Assembly (NCBI GenBank): GCA_013239625.1
Contig: MU054323.1
Span: 12,779,694 to 12,843,693, forward strand
Length of the DNA stretch: 64,000 bases
Source: Lama guanicoe
Taxonomy: Eukaryota
Reading direction: 5' to 3'
Shown here: one piece after another, positions 24,561 to 36,694 of the stretch
Layout: the number at the start of each line of letters is the position of its first letter
Position numbering within the stretch: position 1 is the first letter of the stretch
Translations under genes and position numbers: made by a program
Notes under the pieces: generated by a model
What the model was told of the DNA's origin: nothing
The model's database searches: none
What the model saw: the letters and a program-made list of their open reading frames with translations, nothing else

Positions 24561-25308
24561 ACATGTACCGGAGAAATAAAGAATTAAAAGGCACATTTAT
24601 TTACTAGTGGGGTATAGGCACATCTGGTTGTGGGATTTGGGTTGAACATATAAGAGAAATAACAATTGAGGACAGTATATAAGTGCCCTGTATATGTGTA
24701 TATGGGTACGCACACGCGTACCCATGTTTGTATGTATACACAGTAGGTGCTTTGGGAGAGAGGTAATTTCTAAAGTCTGGGTCTGGAAAAGTCTTATGGA
24801 AAAAGTCCATCTTGATCTGATTTTTGATTAAAGAGTAAGACTGACAAGTGGAAGAGTTCCCCATGAGAAATCACAAGTGTAAAAGTGTGGAGGCAGGCAT
24901 GTGTTTTGGGATATCAGTGAAAGAGTAAGTGAACCAGCTTTTCATCAGGGTGTACAGTGGCAGTAGGAGGAGCCAGATTGTGAAAGGAAACGTTCTGACT
25001 AAGGAAACTTTTCTGTTGTCAGTAGGAATCCTTTTGAATTCCCTGCAGAAGGATGATGATACTTGCTAATGAGTATTATTTTTGGGTCTAATATCTGCCT
25101 TGCTGCTCATGGTATGGATGAGCTCCAGATTTCAGGAGAAATGGTGTGTGTATAATGTTGGGAATTTGCTCAGTGTTTTGTGATTAATGTATAGAAAGGG
25201 TTCTAATTATGTACATTTTTTGGCATACTAAAATAATAATAGTGTCACCCTTAACAGTATGAAAATAATTGTTCTTTGGATTATTGGCTTAATGTTTTTA
25301 TATTACAG

Positions 25309-25486
25309 AGAGTGGATCTTTCCTGCAATTGCTTCTAGAAGGGAACTGTAAGGCCATATTCTTAAATTCATTGACTCAAAATATTTTCAATTCAACAACG
25401 GTAACTGAAGAAAAGATTGACAACTACCTAGAGAAGCAGATAGTAACATTTCTGGATTACTCAACAGATTTGGACAAAACCAAAAG
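25309..25486 (+). CDS. TTC27: TTC27 exon 2
   Basis: tattacag|AGAGTG...AAAAG|gtagag, 178 nt. Encodes (E)[58 protein letters not shown](R). Confidence 0.95.
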
Positions 25487-26884
25487 GTAGAGTTTTATAT
25501 GAAATTTTCATAGAGAAACAGATCCTGAATTCATTTAATAGTGCCTTGAGAGTGTAAGGCACTGATTTTTGCAGTTGTTCAAAACCTGGCTTTAGGTTTA
25601 GTCAGTATTCATGATGGACGGAATAATCTGTGTAAAAGCTTCTCTCCAGGGGACCATCCAGAATAAAAAGGTAAAGTGTTGTAGGATATGAGTTTCATAT
25701 ATAACACTGGCATATGACTGGGTGGTAGCCGTTAACCACCTAAACTCCCAAATGGTTAGGTCTGATGGATTTTAGTCATCGGCAAAACTTCAGACCTTAT
25801 TTCCTTTTAACTTGAGAGTGTGCACTAGCCATTTTGCTATTTCTAGATTGCTGAGTGACAATCGTAACTACTCTTACTATGTTTTGAATTGTTATCTTTA
25901 ATGTTTTTATTATGGAACCTTTGGGTTACCTTCTTCCATTGACGTTTATGTAATTTTATAGGATTAAGTATAACAGATTGTTACCAGCAGTGTAATCTAA
26001 GTTTTTAGTGGCTTATATTTTACTGTTGTAAGTTTGTTAATATATCTTTTTTTCCCTCTACCATCTGTGGCAACCACGTCAAGTTTTGTTATCTTTAAAA
26101 CACATGCAGTTTTGTTTTACCATTATTTCTAGGGAATGGCTTCATTTAGTTCTTCAACCAGTCAAGTATTGGGCTAGGTGTTGAGGTTGTGAAGATAAAT
26201 AAGACAAAATCTGTATCCCTAAGGAGTCCACAAAAGAATGTTACTATAGACGTTTTATTTTACTTTAAAAATTAGTATCGTTCATTTTTGTTTTTCTGGT
26301 TTACTAGTAGTTTACATTCCTCCAATGTCGTTCTTGATTATTATTTTGTTGTCAGATGGGTGTGCAGTATCATAGCCATTAGCTTTGTGTGGTACATGTG
26401 AAAACACACACGTACACACAAATGCATTACTTACTAGTAGACCAGAATTCCAGCTTGTCACATAGAGCTGAGAAGAGACATTTCATTTGCCTCCTTTTGA
26501 GGTATTTGAAATTAAACTGGATTCTCTGTTCACCTTAAGGATTTTGAGTTTTAGTTATGACGCTTATATGAAGGCTTTAAGGTCTTCTGCACACCCGTTT
26601 CCCCAAGTTGCCTAACTTCTGACTACAAACAGGCTCTTTTTTCACCTGTTTGCTGCTCATCCTTTGTTCCGCTCTCAGTTGTGCTGTACCCAGAGTGTTA
26701 TGTTCTGGCTGCCATAGGCTTGTAGGTTCGATTTTTTTTCCTTAAAGAATCTTTCCTTTGAGGCAGGGCCTAGTGGGTATGGGGAGAAGGGGATGACGGC
26801 TTTTCCTTTTTCTTCAGCATGAAGGTCTATGTTCTCTGGCTATTATTTGTTAGAGTTGAATCCCTCCCTGTTTTTGTCTTAATC

Positions 26885-27040
26885 CAGGAGTCAGCAAATT
26901 ATGGCTGGTGGGTCAAGACCAAAATGCCTAAGAGTGATGTTTCCATTTTTAAAGGATTGTAAAAACCGAAACACATGTGACCTGCAAAGCCTAAAATATT
27001 TATGATCTCTACCATTACAGAATGAGCTTACCCATTCCTA
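26885..27040 (+). mobile_element. MER58-like hAT MITE
   Basis: caggagtcagcaaattatggc...cctgcaaagcctaaaatatttatgatctctaccattacagaa...cccattcct. Confidence 0.65.
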
Positions 27041-27043
27041 TCT

Positions 27044-27259
27044 TAAGCCAAAGTAGGACTGGAAAAAAAAAAATAGGTTCAAGTGAAACTTCTAGGATAT
27101 TTTTTGTTCTACCAGTTGGTAGTACATGATCAGTAAAATATTTGAAAACAACTAAGCCAAAGTAGGACTGGAAAAAAAAATAGGTTCAAGTGAAACTTCT
27201 AGGATATTTTTTGTTCTACCAGTTGGTAGTACATGATCAGTAAAATATTTGAAAACAAC
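27044..27259 (+). repeat. Direct tandem duplication, 2 x ~108 bp
   Basis: Copies 27044-27152 and 27153-27259 are identical except for an A11 versus A9 run. Confidence 0.95.
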
Positions 27260-27261
27260 TT

Positions 27262-27405
27262 TATATAACCACATTCGGCTGTTGAGCACTTGAAATGTGG
27301 ACAGTGTGACTGAGGGACTGAATTTGGAATTTTATTTAACTGTAATTAATTTAAATTTATAAGAGCTGTATGTAGTTCATGGTGATAATACTGGACATTG
27401 CAGAC
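27262..27405. mobile_element. MER3/MER33-like hAT MITE fragment
   Basis: accacattcggctgttgagcacttgaaatgtggacagtgtgactgagggactgaattt...tactggacattgcag. Confidence 0.6.
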
Positions 27406-27600
27406 CTAAATTGTGTAGGTTTCAGAATTTTTTTTGTAATCCTCTGAGATAATCTCAATAAATGTTGGTGGATATCTTACTTTTTTTTAATAAAATGGAA
27501 ATGAAATAGTAGTATGTTTGTGGTTACACGGTGCTAGTGTTTCATGGTTATTTCTTCAACTTTTCTTTCTTAAATTTTCTTTAACTATTGTTATATGCAG

Positions 27601-27730
27601 ACAACAGCTGATATTCCTACTTGGTGTGAGCAGTTTGCAACTTTTCGTTCAGAGTAACTGGACGGGACCTCCTCTTGATTTACACCCTCAGGATTTTTTG
27701 CCACCTGTTTTGTTCCAGCACTTCAGTGAG
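27601..27730 (+). CDS. TTC27: TTC27 exon 3
   Basis: tatgcag|ACAACAG...AGTGAG|gtatgc, 130 nt. Encodes [43 protein letters not shown], with the FVQxNWTGP motif of the TTC27/Emw1 family. Confidence 0.96.
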
Positions 27731-28797
27731 GTATGCTTCTTGGAAATGTCAAATATAGGTATTATTGTGTTGTTTATTCTTTAAGAACAATTCTCTATAA
27801 ATGGGAGTTAATAGTAGGTAGGGAAGAAACATGACATTATAGCTTGTATCACACCTACTAAGAATGCTTATTCATGGATCAGATTTTCACATAACTCCAA
27901 AAGTTCCATTGTCGGTCTCAGACCCCTCTTCAGACAGTCTGCACTCTGTGGAGCTCTGATCGCTACTCTTTTTGTGAAAGTGCAGGCAGCCGCATGTGTT
28001 ACCACAGTTACAAAAAGATCTGCTCTGGCAAAGCAGCAAATCTGGAGACCTGTTTGATTTTGTTTCGGGAAAGTTTTGCTGCTGTGTTTAACAATTCCCA
28101 GGGACAGTTTCCTTTATATAACAAATACACTTATTTGTATATCCTTAAAGTGTCTGGTGCAGAGTTGCTCCATGGTAATAACGACTTATTATCTGTATGT
28201 GAAGATACACTATTGACCTGCATTGGTAGGTCATCAGTAGAATGTGCAGTTTGAATTCCTCCAGAGTGTTTGAGAACATATCCACAGGGCCAGGTGAGTA
28301 TGACGTGCTACTAAAATGAGGTATGGTAACTGGTTTACCCGGACACCCCAGAGAACTGGAGCATAACTACCAGTCACTCAGCCTGGAAAAAAGGGCCCCT
28401 TAGCACTCAGAGCTTATGCAGCTAAAGGCACATGTTTACTCTTCCCAGGTTTCTCAGAATTAGAAGTAGCAAATGAACAGAGAATGAGTTGTTAGAGATA
28501 AGAGTCAATTACTGGTGGGTAGAAATAGAAGCACAGAGGCAGCCATAATCTGAAGCCGTAACAGTTACTTCTGTGCATGTCAGTTTACTGAGTCATGATG
28601 TTATATTGTAAGAGAAAAACTGAGATTCATAATGCTGGCCCTAAATCATTATTGAAAGGTTAAAAGCTCTTCCGTATCTTATGTCTAAGAAGGGAATTTA
28701 ATCTGTATTTTACAGAAATTTTCATCCACAGTGGTTAAAATAAAATCCCTAAGATTTTGGCACTTAAAAACATATGCATCACTTACCTGGAGATGTA

Positions 28798-28865
28798 CTT
28801 TCCCATTACATTTTTAGGATTAGGCTTTCCCTGGTCAGCTAAATCAGTTCCCTGGCTTCCGACAT
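28798..28865 (-). repeat. Inverted repeat copy B (68 bp) in TTC27 intron 3
   Basis: ctttcccattacatttttaggattaggctttccctggtcagctaaatcagttccctggcttccgacat; reverse complement of 21992-22059 with 2 mismatches. Confidence 0.95.
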
Positions 28866-30679
28866 CAGTGTTGTAGAGCAGGGCTTCCTGACTGCCGTTC
28901 CCCTGATGTTTAGTCCCTCTGCAATCACAGTGGCCATCGGGGGCCTGGACTGGGGAGAGCCTTTGAACTGGTCTCTTCTGTGACTTGCTTTTGCTCAGTG
29001 GTATATTTTTGCAGTTATACAATTACTCATTTTTTACTCTTGTATAGTATTCCAACTGTATGAATATACCACAATTTATGTATCCATTTTACTCTTGATG
29101 GCCAGATGAGTTATTTCCATTTTTTGCAATATACTATGTACAATGCTGTTGGGAACGCATCCTCTGGGAGTCACTTGCAAGAGTTCCAAGCACATCCTAC
29201 TTAAGAAGGGTACTGTTTGTTTGGTGTAGTACGCTAAGTGGAGAAGGCTGTTTCTTCTGGTGCCCAGGCTGTAGTTGGGCACCCCAAGGACTGAGGGGAT
29301 CATTATTTTGACACCCTTGTAAACCCTTCCCAGCACGGGGAAGCTTTGCTGTGGTGCGTGTATCTGAGAGTGGAGTTGCTGTGCTCTAGGGTGTATGCGT
29401 GTTCAGCTCTCCTGAGTAATATCAGGTTGTTTTTGAGATGATTATTCAATTTATATGCTTTGCCAGTAATCTGAGAATATGGAAGATACAGGGAGTTGAA
29501 GTTTTTAAACTAGGGAGTGGCACATCAGAATTTTCTAGCTGTCATTCTCCTGTGCTGATTTATGTTTCTTAGTTCTTGTGAAGCACAGATATTTGTGAAT
29601 ATACTTTATGGTCATGGAGTATAGGCACCGAAGCCGAATTAATTTTCCCTGCCTCTGACTTGCGGCATTGGCACTTTTAGCAGTTTTCCGGCCTCTGGTG
29701 CTAACCAGCCTCAGCACAATAGCACTGAGGGTCCATGTCTGAGTAGGTCACCTCTTACACACAAAAGTTGATCTCCTAGTAATCTGGTTTTTTGCATTAA
29801 ATTTATCTCAAGCTTCCAGTGACTTTTTTTTCACTGTTCTGATAGATATTTTTATATGTCTGTGCTCTCTTGACTGGGGAATTGTTCCCTCAGGGAGATA
29901 TAACCTTTGTTTTGTCTGTTTTAATTTAATTAATCAGTCCTCTTTAGAAATGAGCCATTTCCCAAAACCTCTGGAAGCACATTTAGAAGTCAGCACAGCG
30001 TTAGGCAGAGGCTGCTTTGTCTAAGCAGGAGATAGAAAACTATTTAATTTTTTAATGATGATGATGCAAGTTAACTCCAGGAAGAAAAATTTATTTACTT
30101 GTTGATTCATGCATTCACTCATTTATTTATTATTTGCCTTACTGATGCTGTTTCCAGAGAACTTAGAGTTGAAGAGTAGGAGGTTTAGTAACCAACCCCT
30201 GGCTTTGATCTTCAGAGATAATGCTACTCAAGTAGTATATCATGGACAATCTCTTTGTATAATTTGTTACTTGTTGTCCTGTTAAATCATTTGTTTATCT
30301 TCAGGGATTTCATTCAGAAGATAATAATCTAAATTTGTGCTAAAACAGGTAGTCATATTTCTCATCTCAAAGTGATCACTTTGATTACTTTCTGTTGTAT
30401 GTAAATCTATGAAGTCATCATGCCTCTTCAGTAGTAGTGCTTTCTTGATTACCCTGCTCCTCTAAAGTGCGAGCGGATGGGTGGCCATGTGTCAGGGCAG
30501 GCTGGAATTGTAGATTGCTAAGAGCATTCATGATGCTGTGTTGGTCCAGTGCCAGTTGCTCTGTAACAGGCCAGTGCCTGTTTCAAAGCTGATTAACTGG
30601 AAAGTATGTATCTTGTAAGATACATAAAAATTAATATTTTGTTAAGTTATATCATTTTAGCTTCAAATTTTTTTTCCAG

Positions 30680-30820
30680 GTCAGAGGACTGGATGCAGTT
30701 GTTCTGAGTCTGCTCGTTCTAGATGGTGAATCGATCTACAGCCTGACCTCGAAGCCCATACTGCTGTTGTTAGCACGAATTATCCTAGTAACTGTAAGAC
30801 ATAAACTGACAGCTATTCAG
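30680..30820 (+). CDS. TTC27: TTC27 exon 4
   Basis: tttttccag|GTCAGA...ATTCAG|gtaagg, 141 nt. Encodes [47 protein letters not shown]. Confidence 0.95.
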
Positions 30821-31379
30821 GTAAGGGAAGAAAAGGAGCAGGAGATTCATACACAGGTGTGTCTCTTGTGCTGATTAGCCTCAAACTTTAGATGTGATGC
30901 TGACAGTGTCTTGGTATATTTGTTTTCTAAGTCTTCTTTAGATATTTAATTTTAAAATCTGATGAAAATAAGCAAAAACTGTCACTCCTCCAGAGATTCA
31001 TCTAATATAAAATGAGACACCAAGCCTCTTTAATAGGATTGTATACGTGTTGTATGTATGTGTGCACATGTGTAAATGTTCATTCTCTGAATAATACACA
31101 TAGGTTTAAAAACATCCTTCAGAGTCTTTTATGAAATTCCTGTAGGGATGCTGAGTAATAGCCAGAAATAAAGCACTTGCTGTGCATCTTAGTTACTGTT
31201 TCTTGGCTCACATCCTACTTTGTTTCATGATGTGGTTTGGATTTAGAAGAGCATATCTGTCATATGGTGTCTTTAGGGCCCATATAAATTAGTGAGAAAA
31301 GCACCCATACTCACAGAAGCTAATACGCAGTGGGAGGGGACAGAAACCACAAGAGAGATGCAAGGAAAGTCTTTGAGGA

Positions 31380-31712
31380 TTAGTGAAGATTGTCGGCTGT
31401 GCAGTGTGCAGGCGCTGTGCAGTGTGCAGGCTCTGTGCAATTAACTGTTCAACTCTGCCTTGTACTGTGAGAGCAGCTGAGGGTGGAATGTAAATGAATG
31501 GGTGTGCCTGTGTACCAATGAAGCTTTATTTAGGGACACCGAAATTTACATTTCATATACTTTTCACATGCCACAAAATATTTTCCGTTTGTTTGTTTGT
31601 TTGTTTGTTTTGCAGTGATTTAAAATGTAAGCACCACTCTTGGTTCTCAGGCTGTAGGTAAACAGGTGGCATGCTGGATTTGGCCCACAGGCTGTAGCTG
31701 TCTGACTCCTGT
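31380..31712. mobile_element. MER58B-like hAT MITE with an internal 18-bp tandem duplication and (TTTG)n
   Basis: aactctgccttgtactgtgagagcagc...aatgaatgggtgtgcctgtgtaccaatgaagctttattt...gctggatttggcccacaggctgtagctgtctgactcctg; gctgtgcagtgtgcaggc occurs twice at 31396-31431. Confidence 0.7.
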
Positions 31713-32769
31713 TCTGACGGCTGCAGCTTGGGCCTGAAGACCTCAAATTTCCAGAAATAGTGAATCTAAATGTTTTGTGAACTCTCCTAATTTACAAGTG
31801 TTAGCTGAAAAAGTTTAAGGAACACAGTATTTCTGTGGGCAAACTGGCCTTGATCTGTACCGTATAAAGGCTTACTTTCCTAAGCAGTATGTTTAGACAC
31901 AGAAGAGGTAAGAAGGGAATCATACCTCTTTTGGCAACTCTCCTGAGAGCCAGAGGGCTTGGAATCAGTTGTACCAGAAGTGTTTTTAATGGATCGGTTT
32001 CAACATATCCTAGCAGGTAGAAGGCCTTATCCTTGATTTTTTTTTAGTGATGTTAGCTTCAGTGAAAAAATGTTTTCCAAATTGATCTGAGTTAAATAAT
32101 CTTATAGACTGAGTAGTACTTGTCTCTAAGAAAGTATCACCAAGGCATGAGGCTGCCAAATGGATTATTTTCTTTCTAGTGAGACTGATGGTCATTAATG
32201 AGTTAGCGATACAGTCTGAAGTTTTGTTCGTGGAAAACTTTCATCAGCAAGTACGTTAAGCATCATTTGGGAAAAGGTACATGTACTAGCAACAGCTCAG
32301 GAGAACAAATAAACATGTTAAATACTGGATGTGGATGTGATACCTGGTAGGGTTGGAGAAATTAGTTACCTGAATTTCTTGGCAGATGCTTAAGAACTTT
32401 CGACATCTGCTTAAAATCCTATTTTCTTGTTCTACATCAGCATGCAGAGATCGTTCTGTGCTGAAACTTTGTCTTTCAGTTGAAACGTTACTGTTTTTTT
32501 TTCCCTTTGGGTCTTTAATATATCATTCTCAATATGATGATGATTAAAAGTGACTTCTTTGAAAAAAATAAAATTAAGTAAGAAAAAAAAGACTTTGATA
32601 AATGAGAATAAAATGATAAAGAAGTGTCACACACTTATCCAAGTTAATCTTAACCTTTTAAATTAATTTTGAATAGACTGACTCCTAAGGAATGTATCAG
32701 GAAGATGATTGTCCCCTACCCCCTAACCTGTGAAGTGTATAGACTAGTATTGGTAATAATGTAAATGTT

Positions 32770-32900
32770 GAATGAAAATAGTCTTGGCTTTGGAATCAGA
32801 CCAGAATTTGTCTGGCTTAGCCACTTACCAACTGTGTCACCTTAGGCTAGTGAATTTCTCTGAATATCAGTTTCCCTACTTATATAGTGGAATAACTCGG
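32770..32900 (+). mobile_element. MIR SINE
   Basis: ggctttggaatcagaccag...gccacttaccaactgtgtcaccttaggctagtgaatttctctgaatatcagtttcccta. Confidence 0.7.
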
Positions 32901-34869
32901 CAAACATTTATTGAGTTTCTTTTGAGTACATTAAGCTCCCTGCCTTCTGGGAGGTTACTGACTTGTGTGACTTCTCAATCGGAGCATTCTGTATTAAGTG
33001 CTGTAATCAGGAGACAGAATCTAGGAACTGTCTAAAGCAAGGCTTCAAGTTCCTTTTTTATTAATGCCTCAAATTTTCTATTAAGCAATTCTTGGCGAAT
33101 AGAACAAGGCACTTTTATTTTCTAGTAGAAAATAGACTGAGCTTTCTTTATCTGTGTCACACTTGCCCTTCTCCCGTAGAAGATTTGGGGTTAGGAGTTA
33201 GTTTATAGGTCTGGTTTTTAAGAGTTGAGCATCTTCTGTGTATGTTCTCTTAAAAGGGTAGTCTCTCTGACCGGCTCTGTCTAAATTCCCATGTCTAGAA
33301 AAGGGAAGAGTATGCTGCCAACTCTGACTTACTCACTGCTGACAGCAGATAGGGGACAGCTAATTGAAATGTAGACTGACTTCATTAGCCGAGTGATAGG
33401 AAAAGAATGAAAATGAGGCAACGCCTCAGAATTAAATTAAAATGATGCAAAACATCTTTCTATTAGATAATTCTACCTTTCCTTACATAGACTGAGGAAA
33501 CAGCGTTAATAATTAGAAAGGCTTTTGTCATAGACTCAAAATTCACTTGTGATTGCATCGTTGTGTAGCAGTTTAGAAGGGAGGCAGGCAATTTTACCCC
33601 TTAATCAGATGGAGAAATTAAGTTCAAGTGAAAAAGAAAAGAAAATGCTTTTGATGATTAAGCATGATCTCCTATTAGTGGGTATTGCTTTTGTAAAAAA
33701 CAGGACAATTAATTTCTCACACCTTCGTGTAATAGAATTCAAAGTAACTTAGTTGTAATTAATTTAGGTGATTTAATGCATGATCATACTTTGTACTTTA
33801 ATGAGCCTATCAAAAATATTCAGTACTATTACTTGCACACACACATGCATGTGCATGGACGAAGATCCAGAAGAATACCAACCTCTGTCTTGGATTTTTC
33901 TGGGGAAGGAGGATGGTGCTGAGGCAGAAGAGACTTGTATCTTCAAGGTGTATCCTTCTGTATTGGCCTGTTGTCGTTGTTGTTGGGTTTATTATTTTTT
34001 TAAATAAGGATGTGTTGATAAGTAAGAATAAACATCAGAGAAAAAGCTATTGTGTTCTCAGTCTGTGCAGTAGTTAAAACAATGTATAAAATGCAGTCTC
34101 TACCCTCAGAAATATACGGACCAGGTAGTGACACACCTGAAAACCAAGAGCTCTCTGGTGTGGTGCTAACTTCTAGGCACAGTGTACAAGTTCAGAAAAG
34201 TGAGAGACCAGTGTGTGCCCTCCTGGTGGGAGAAGGCTTCATGGAAGGGGGTGTGGACAAGATCTTCCCAGTGTGGGCAATATCTGAATGTGAGATATTT
34301 CTTACCTTGTAGTTTGCACAACATGCATTGCTTCGAGGATACAGAGATGAGTAAGACTGGGTTTCTCATCTTGTCGGATGGATGGCAGACAACATTGCAG
34401 GCTAGGGATGACATACACGAATACGATGAAATGTGTTTGCAAAGGGGAGGTACAGAGAAAGTGCTGGAAGGTGAGAAGAGGGAAAAAAACATCCCACAGG
34501 AGTTTCTTGTGAGAGGCCTCCCGGAATTGTTGGTGTTGGATTATGGTGCTGGTAGAGTGCCACAGCAGAGTGGGATGATTGCATCAACATCTGAGAGGAG
34601 GAAATGTTAAGTTCAAAATGGTATCAGGAATCCCAGCTGGCTACAAATAAAGGCTTTGAAAGGACAGAGGAGAGGTGTTATTCCTGGGGAAGACACAAGC
34701 AGTGACCTTGGGTTTTATTTCTGATGTCATAGCATTGATAGGTAAGTTTATTGAAGAAAAAATTTGATCTCACAAGTGTAAAAAAGAATTCTAAAAATTG
34801 ATTTGAATTAATGTAAAATTTTTTTTCCCAAAGGTCCTTTTATTTCAGCTGGGTATTTTTCTTTTCTAG

Positions 34870-34972
34870 AGCTTGCCGTGGTGGACTTTGAGATGTGTGA
34901 CTATTCACCAGCAGTTGCTTGAGGAACGTTCTCCTAAGCTTTTTGCCCTTGCGGAAGACTGTGTTGGTCAGG
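34870..34972 (+). CDS. TTC27: TTC27 exon 5
   Basis: cttttctag|AGCTTG...CAGG|gtatgt, 103 nt. Encodes [34 protein letters not shown]. Confidence 0.95.
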
Positions 34973-36597
34973 GTATGTAGCAGGTTTTGTTTGCTGCGAT
35001 CATGTAGCGCCTTTCTATTTTCTTAGCTGAGGCATTCCTTTTAAATTTATTCCTTGACAGCTGATTGTAACTTTTTGTTTGAGGTGGTTTCTTTTTTTCT
35101 CCATTCTTTCTGGATTTGGAATATCACAAATGATTAGGATGTCAGATTATAGGATTTCTTTTTTGTCTTTAAATTTTTAAAAAGGCAATCACTGTTATTT
35201 ATATTACCTACTTAAAAAGAGTGATTTGTTCTATGCAGGTCACCATGATTTTATCACAGATTACTTGAAGGTATTTAAGTATTTTCTCTGTTCTTGAATA
35301 CAAGAAGCCTCATTAGAAACAAATGTAAACTCCCTTTATTAAAACAAATTCGTAACTAATTTGAACTGGAGTAAATTGTTACATGCAGAATAGGAAATTA
35401 TCTTATACCCTATTGAGTACATGAAGAAAGGATTCAGATTTTTTTTAACTTTTGGTAGAAAATACATTTTACTGAGGAGGACATTGGGTAGAGAGGCATG
35501 TTTGCATTTTGTTTTATTTTTTACTGTAATATATAATGTACATATAGAATTGTGCCTAGAATATAAAAGTAAAATTTGCCAAATAATCATAAACCACACA
35601 CCCATGTAAAATGCCTTTGCTGCAGATACCCCTTATGTTTTTTAGGGAAGCATTTTGAGAAAGGGAAGAAATCTTGGATACTTCGATTTCCCTGGGATTT
35701 CAGAATGACTATTTCTGGGAAAAGTTGCCAAACAAAACAAAAACAAGTTCTTTTGCAGTGAAGGAATACAGAACACAAATGAACTTAGATTTGGAAATGA
35801 ACTTCTGAGTTTCAGAGAAGGGATCTGATGTTAGGTGTACCTGTTTCCAAAGGCTGTGTTGCTTTCACATGGTGGGAGTATGGAGTCATTGTGTATATGT
35901 GTGCACATGTGTGTATAGGGTTGGGGGGTGGTTAGCATCACTGTGGGTGGAGAAGCAGTGATCTGCGCTTGATTGAGGAAGCACACGCATGAAGGTGTAA
36001 GGTAGCTCGTGTGTGGGGGGTGTGTGTGTGTGTGGGGAGGGGTGTGTACTTGAAGCTCCTGTACGTTTCTAGAGTCTGTTTCCTTTGAAGATACATCTGT
36101 ATAGTAACAAGCTAGGTCACAATACACTAGACAGGACGTTAATTGGTGCAGTAATATATTACTAAGCTAGAAACTAGTTTCTCAAGTTTTATTTTGATCT
36201 AAGACAGAAATACATATACACATGTTAATCTTAGATAAAATGAACATCTATGCATGATTTAAAATGAATAAGTAAGGAAAATATTATTCAGTCAGTATAA
36301 TTGATTCATTTCTGTTGTTTATACCTGGACTTAGTTTATATTTGTTCAGGATTTTAGATAATGTATGGCTGTGGAACAAGCAAGGGTTTATTAGATCAGA
36401 TTTGTACATAAATATATATATATATGTTGTGAGCTTAAACCTTGTATATGTAAAAGAATATTTGTTCTGCTATGAGATTTAAATCTGACATATGGTAGCA
36501 GATTGCTTTATTAAATGTTAGTTTGCTTTTCTATGCAGTGATATTTCAGTACATCTACAATGATACAATGAAGTAACAGAACTGAAAAACTACATAT

Positions 36598-36694
36598 ATG
36601 TATATATGTGTTTTTTAATGGAGGTACTGGGGATTGAACCCAGGACCTAGTGCATGCTAAGCATGTGCTCCACCACTGAGCTAGACCCTCCCCC
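36598..36694 (-). mobile_element. tRNA-Ala-derived camelid SINE (Vic-1-like)
   Basis: Minus strand gggggagggtctagctcagtggtggagcacatgcttagcatgcactaggtcctgggttcaatccccagtacctccattaaaaaa; AGC anticodon loop retained. Confidence 0.85.

Noticed and set aside
28781..28790. ACTTACCTGG resembling the U1 snRNA 5' end
   Set aside because: The match stops after 10 nt (no CAGGGGAGATACC continuation). It is just the complement of a 5' splice-site consensus.
34052..34610. Cluster of overlapping 60-142 aa ORFs in TTC27 intron 4
   Set aside because: Purine-rich, L2-like decayed sequence with no homology or splice support I can recognise.
36619..36694. Possible tRNA-Ala(AGC) gene on the minus strand (also 13849-13924 and 55178-55251)
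   Set aside because: These have extra 5' G residues, stem mismatches, A-rich or simple-repeat tails and, in two cases, TSDs. They are tRNA-derived SINEs, not tRNA genes.
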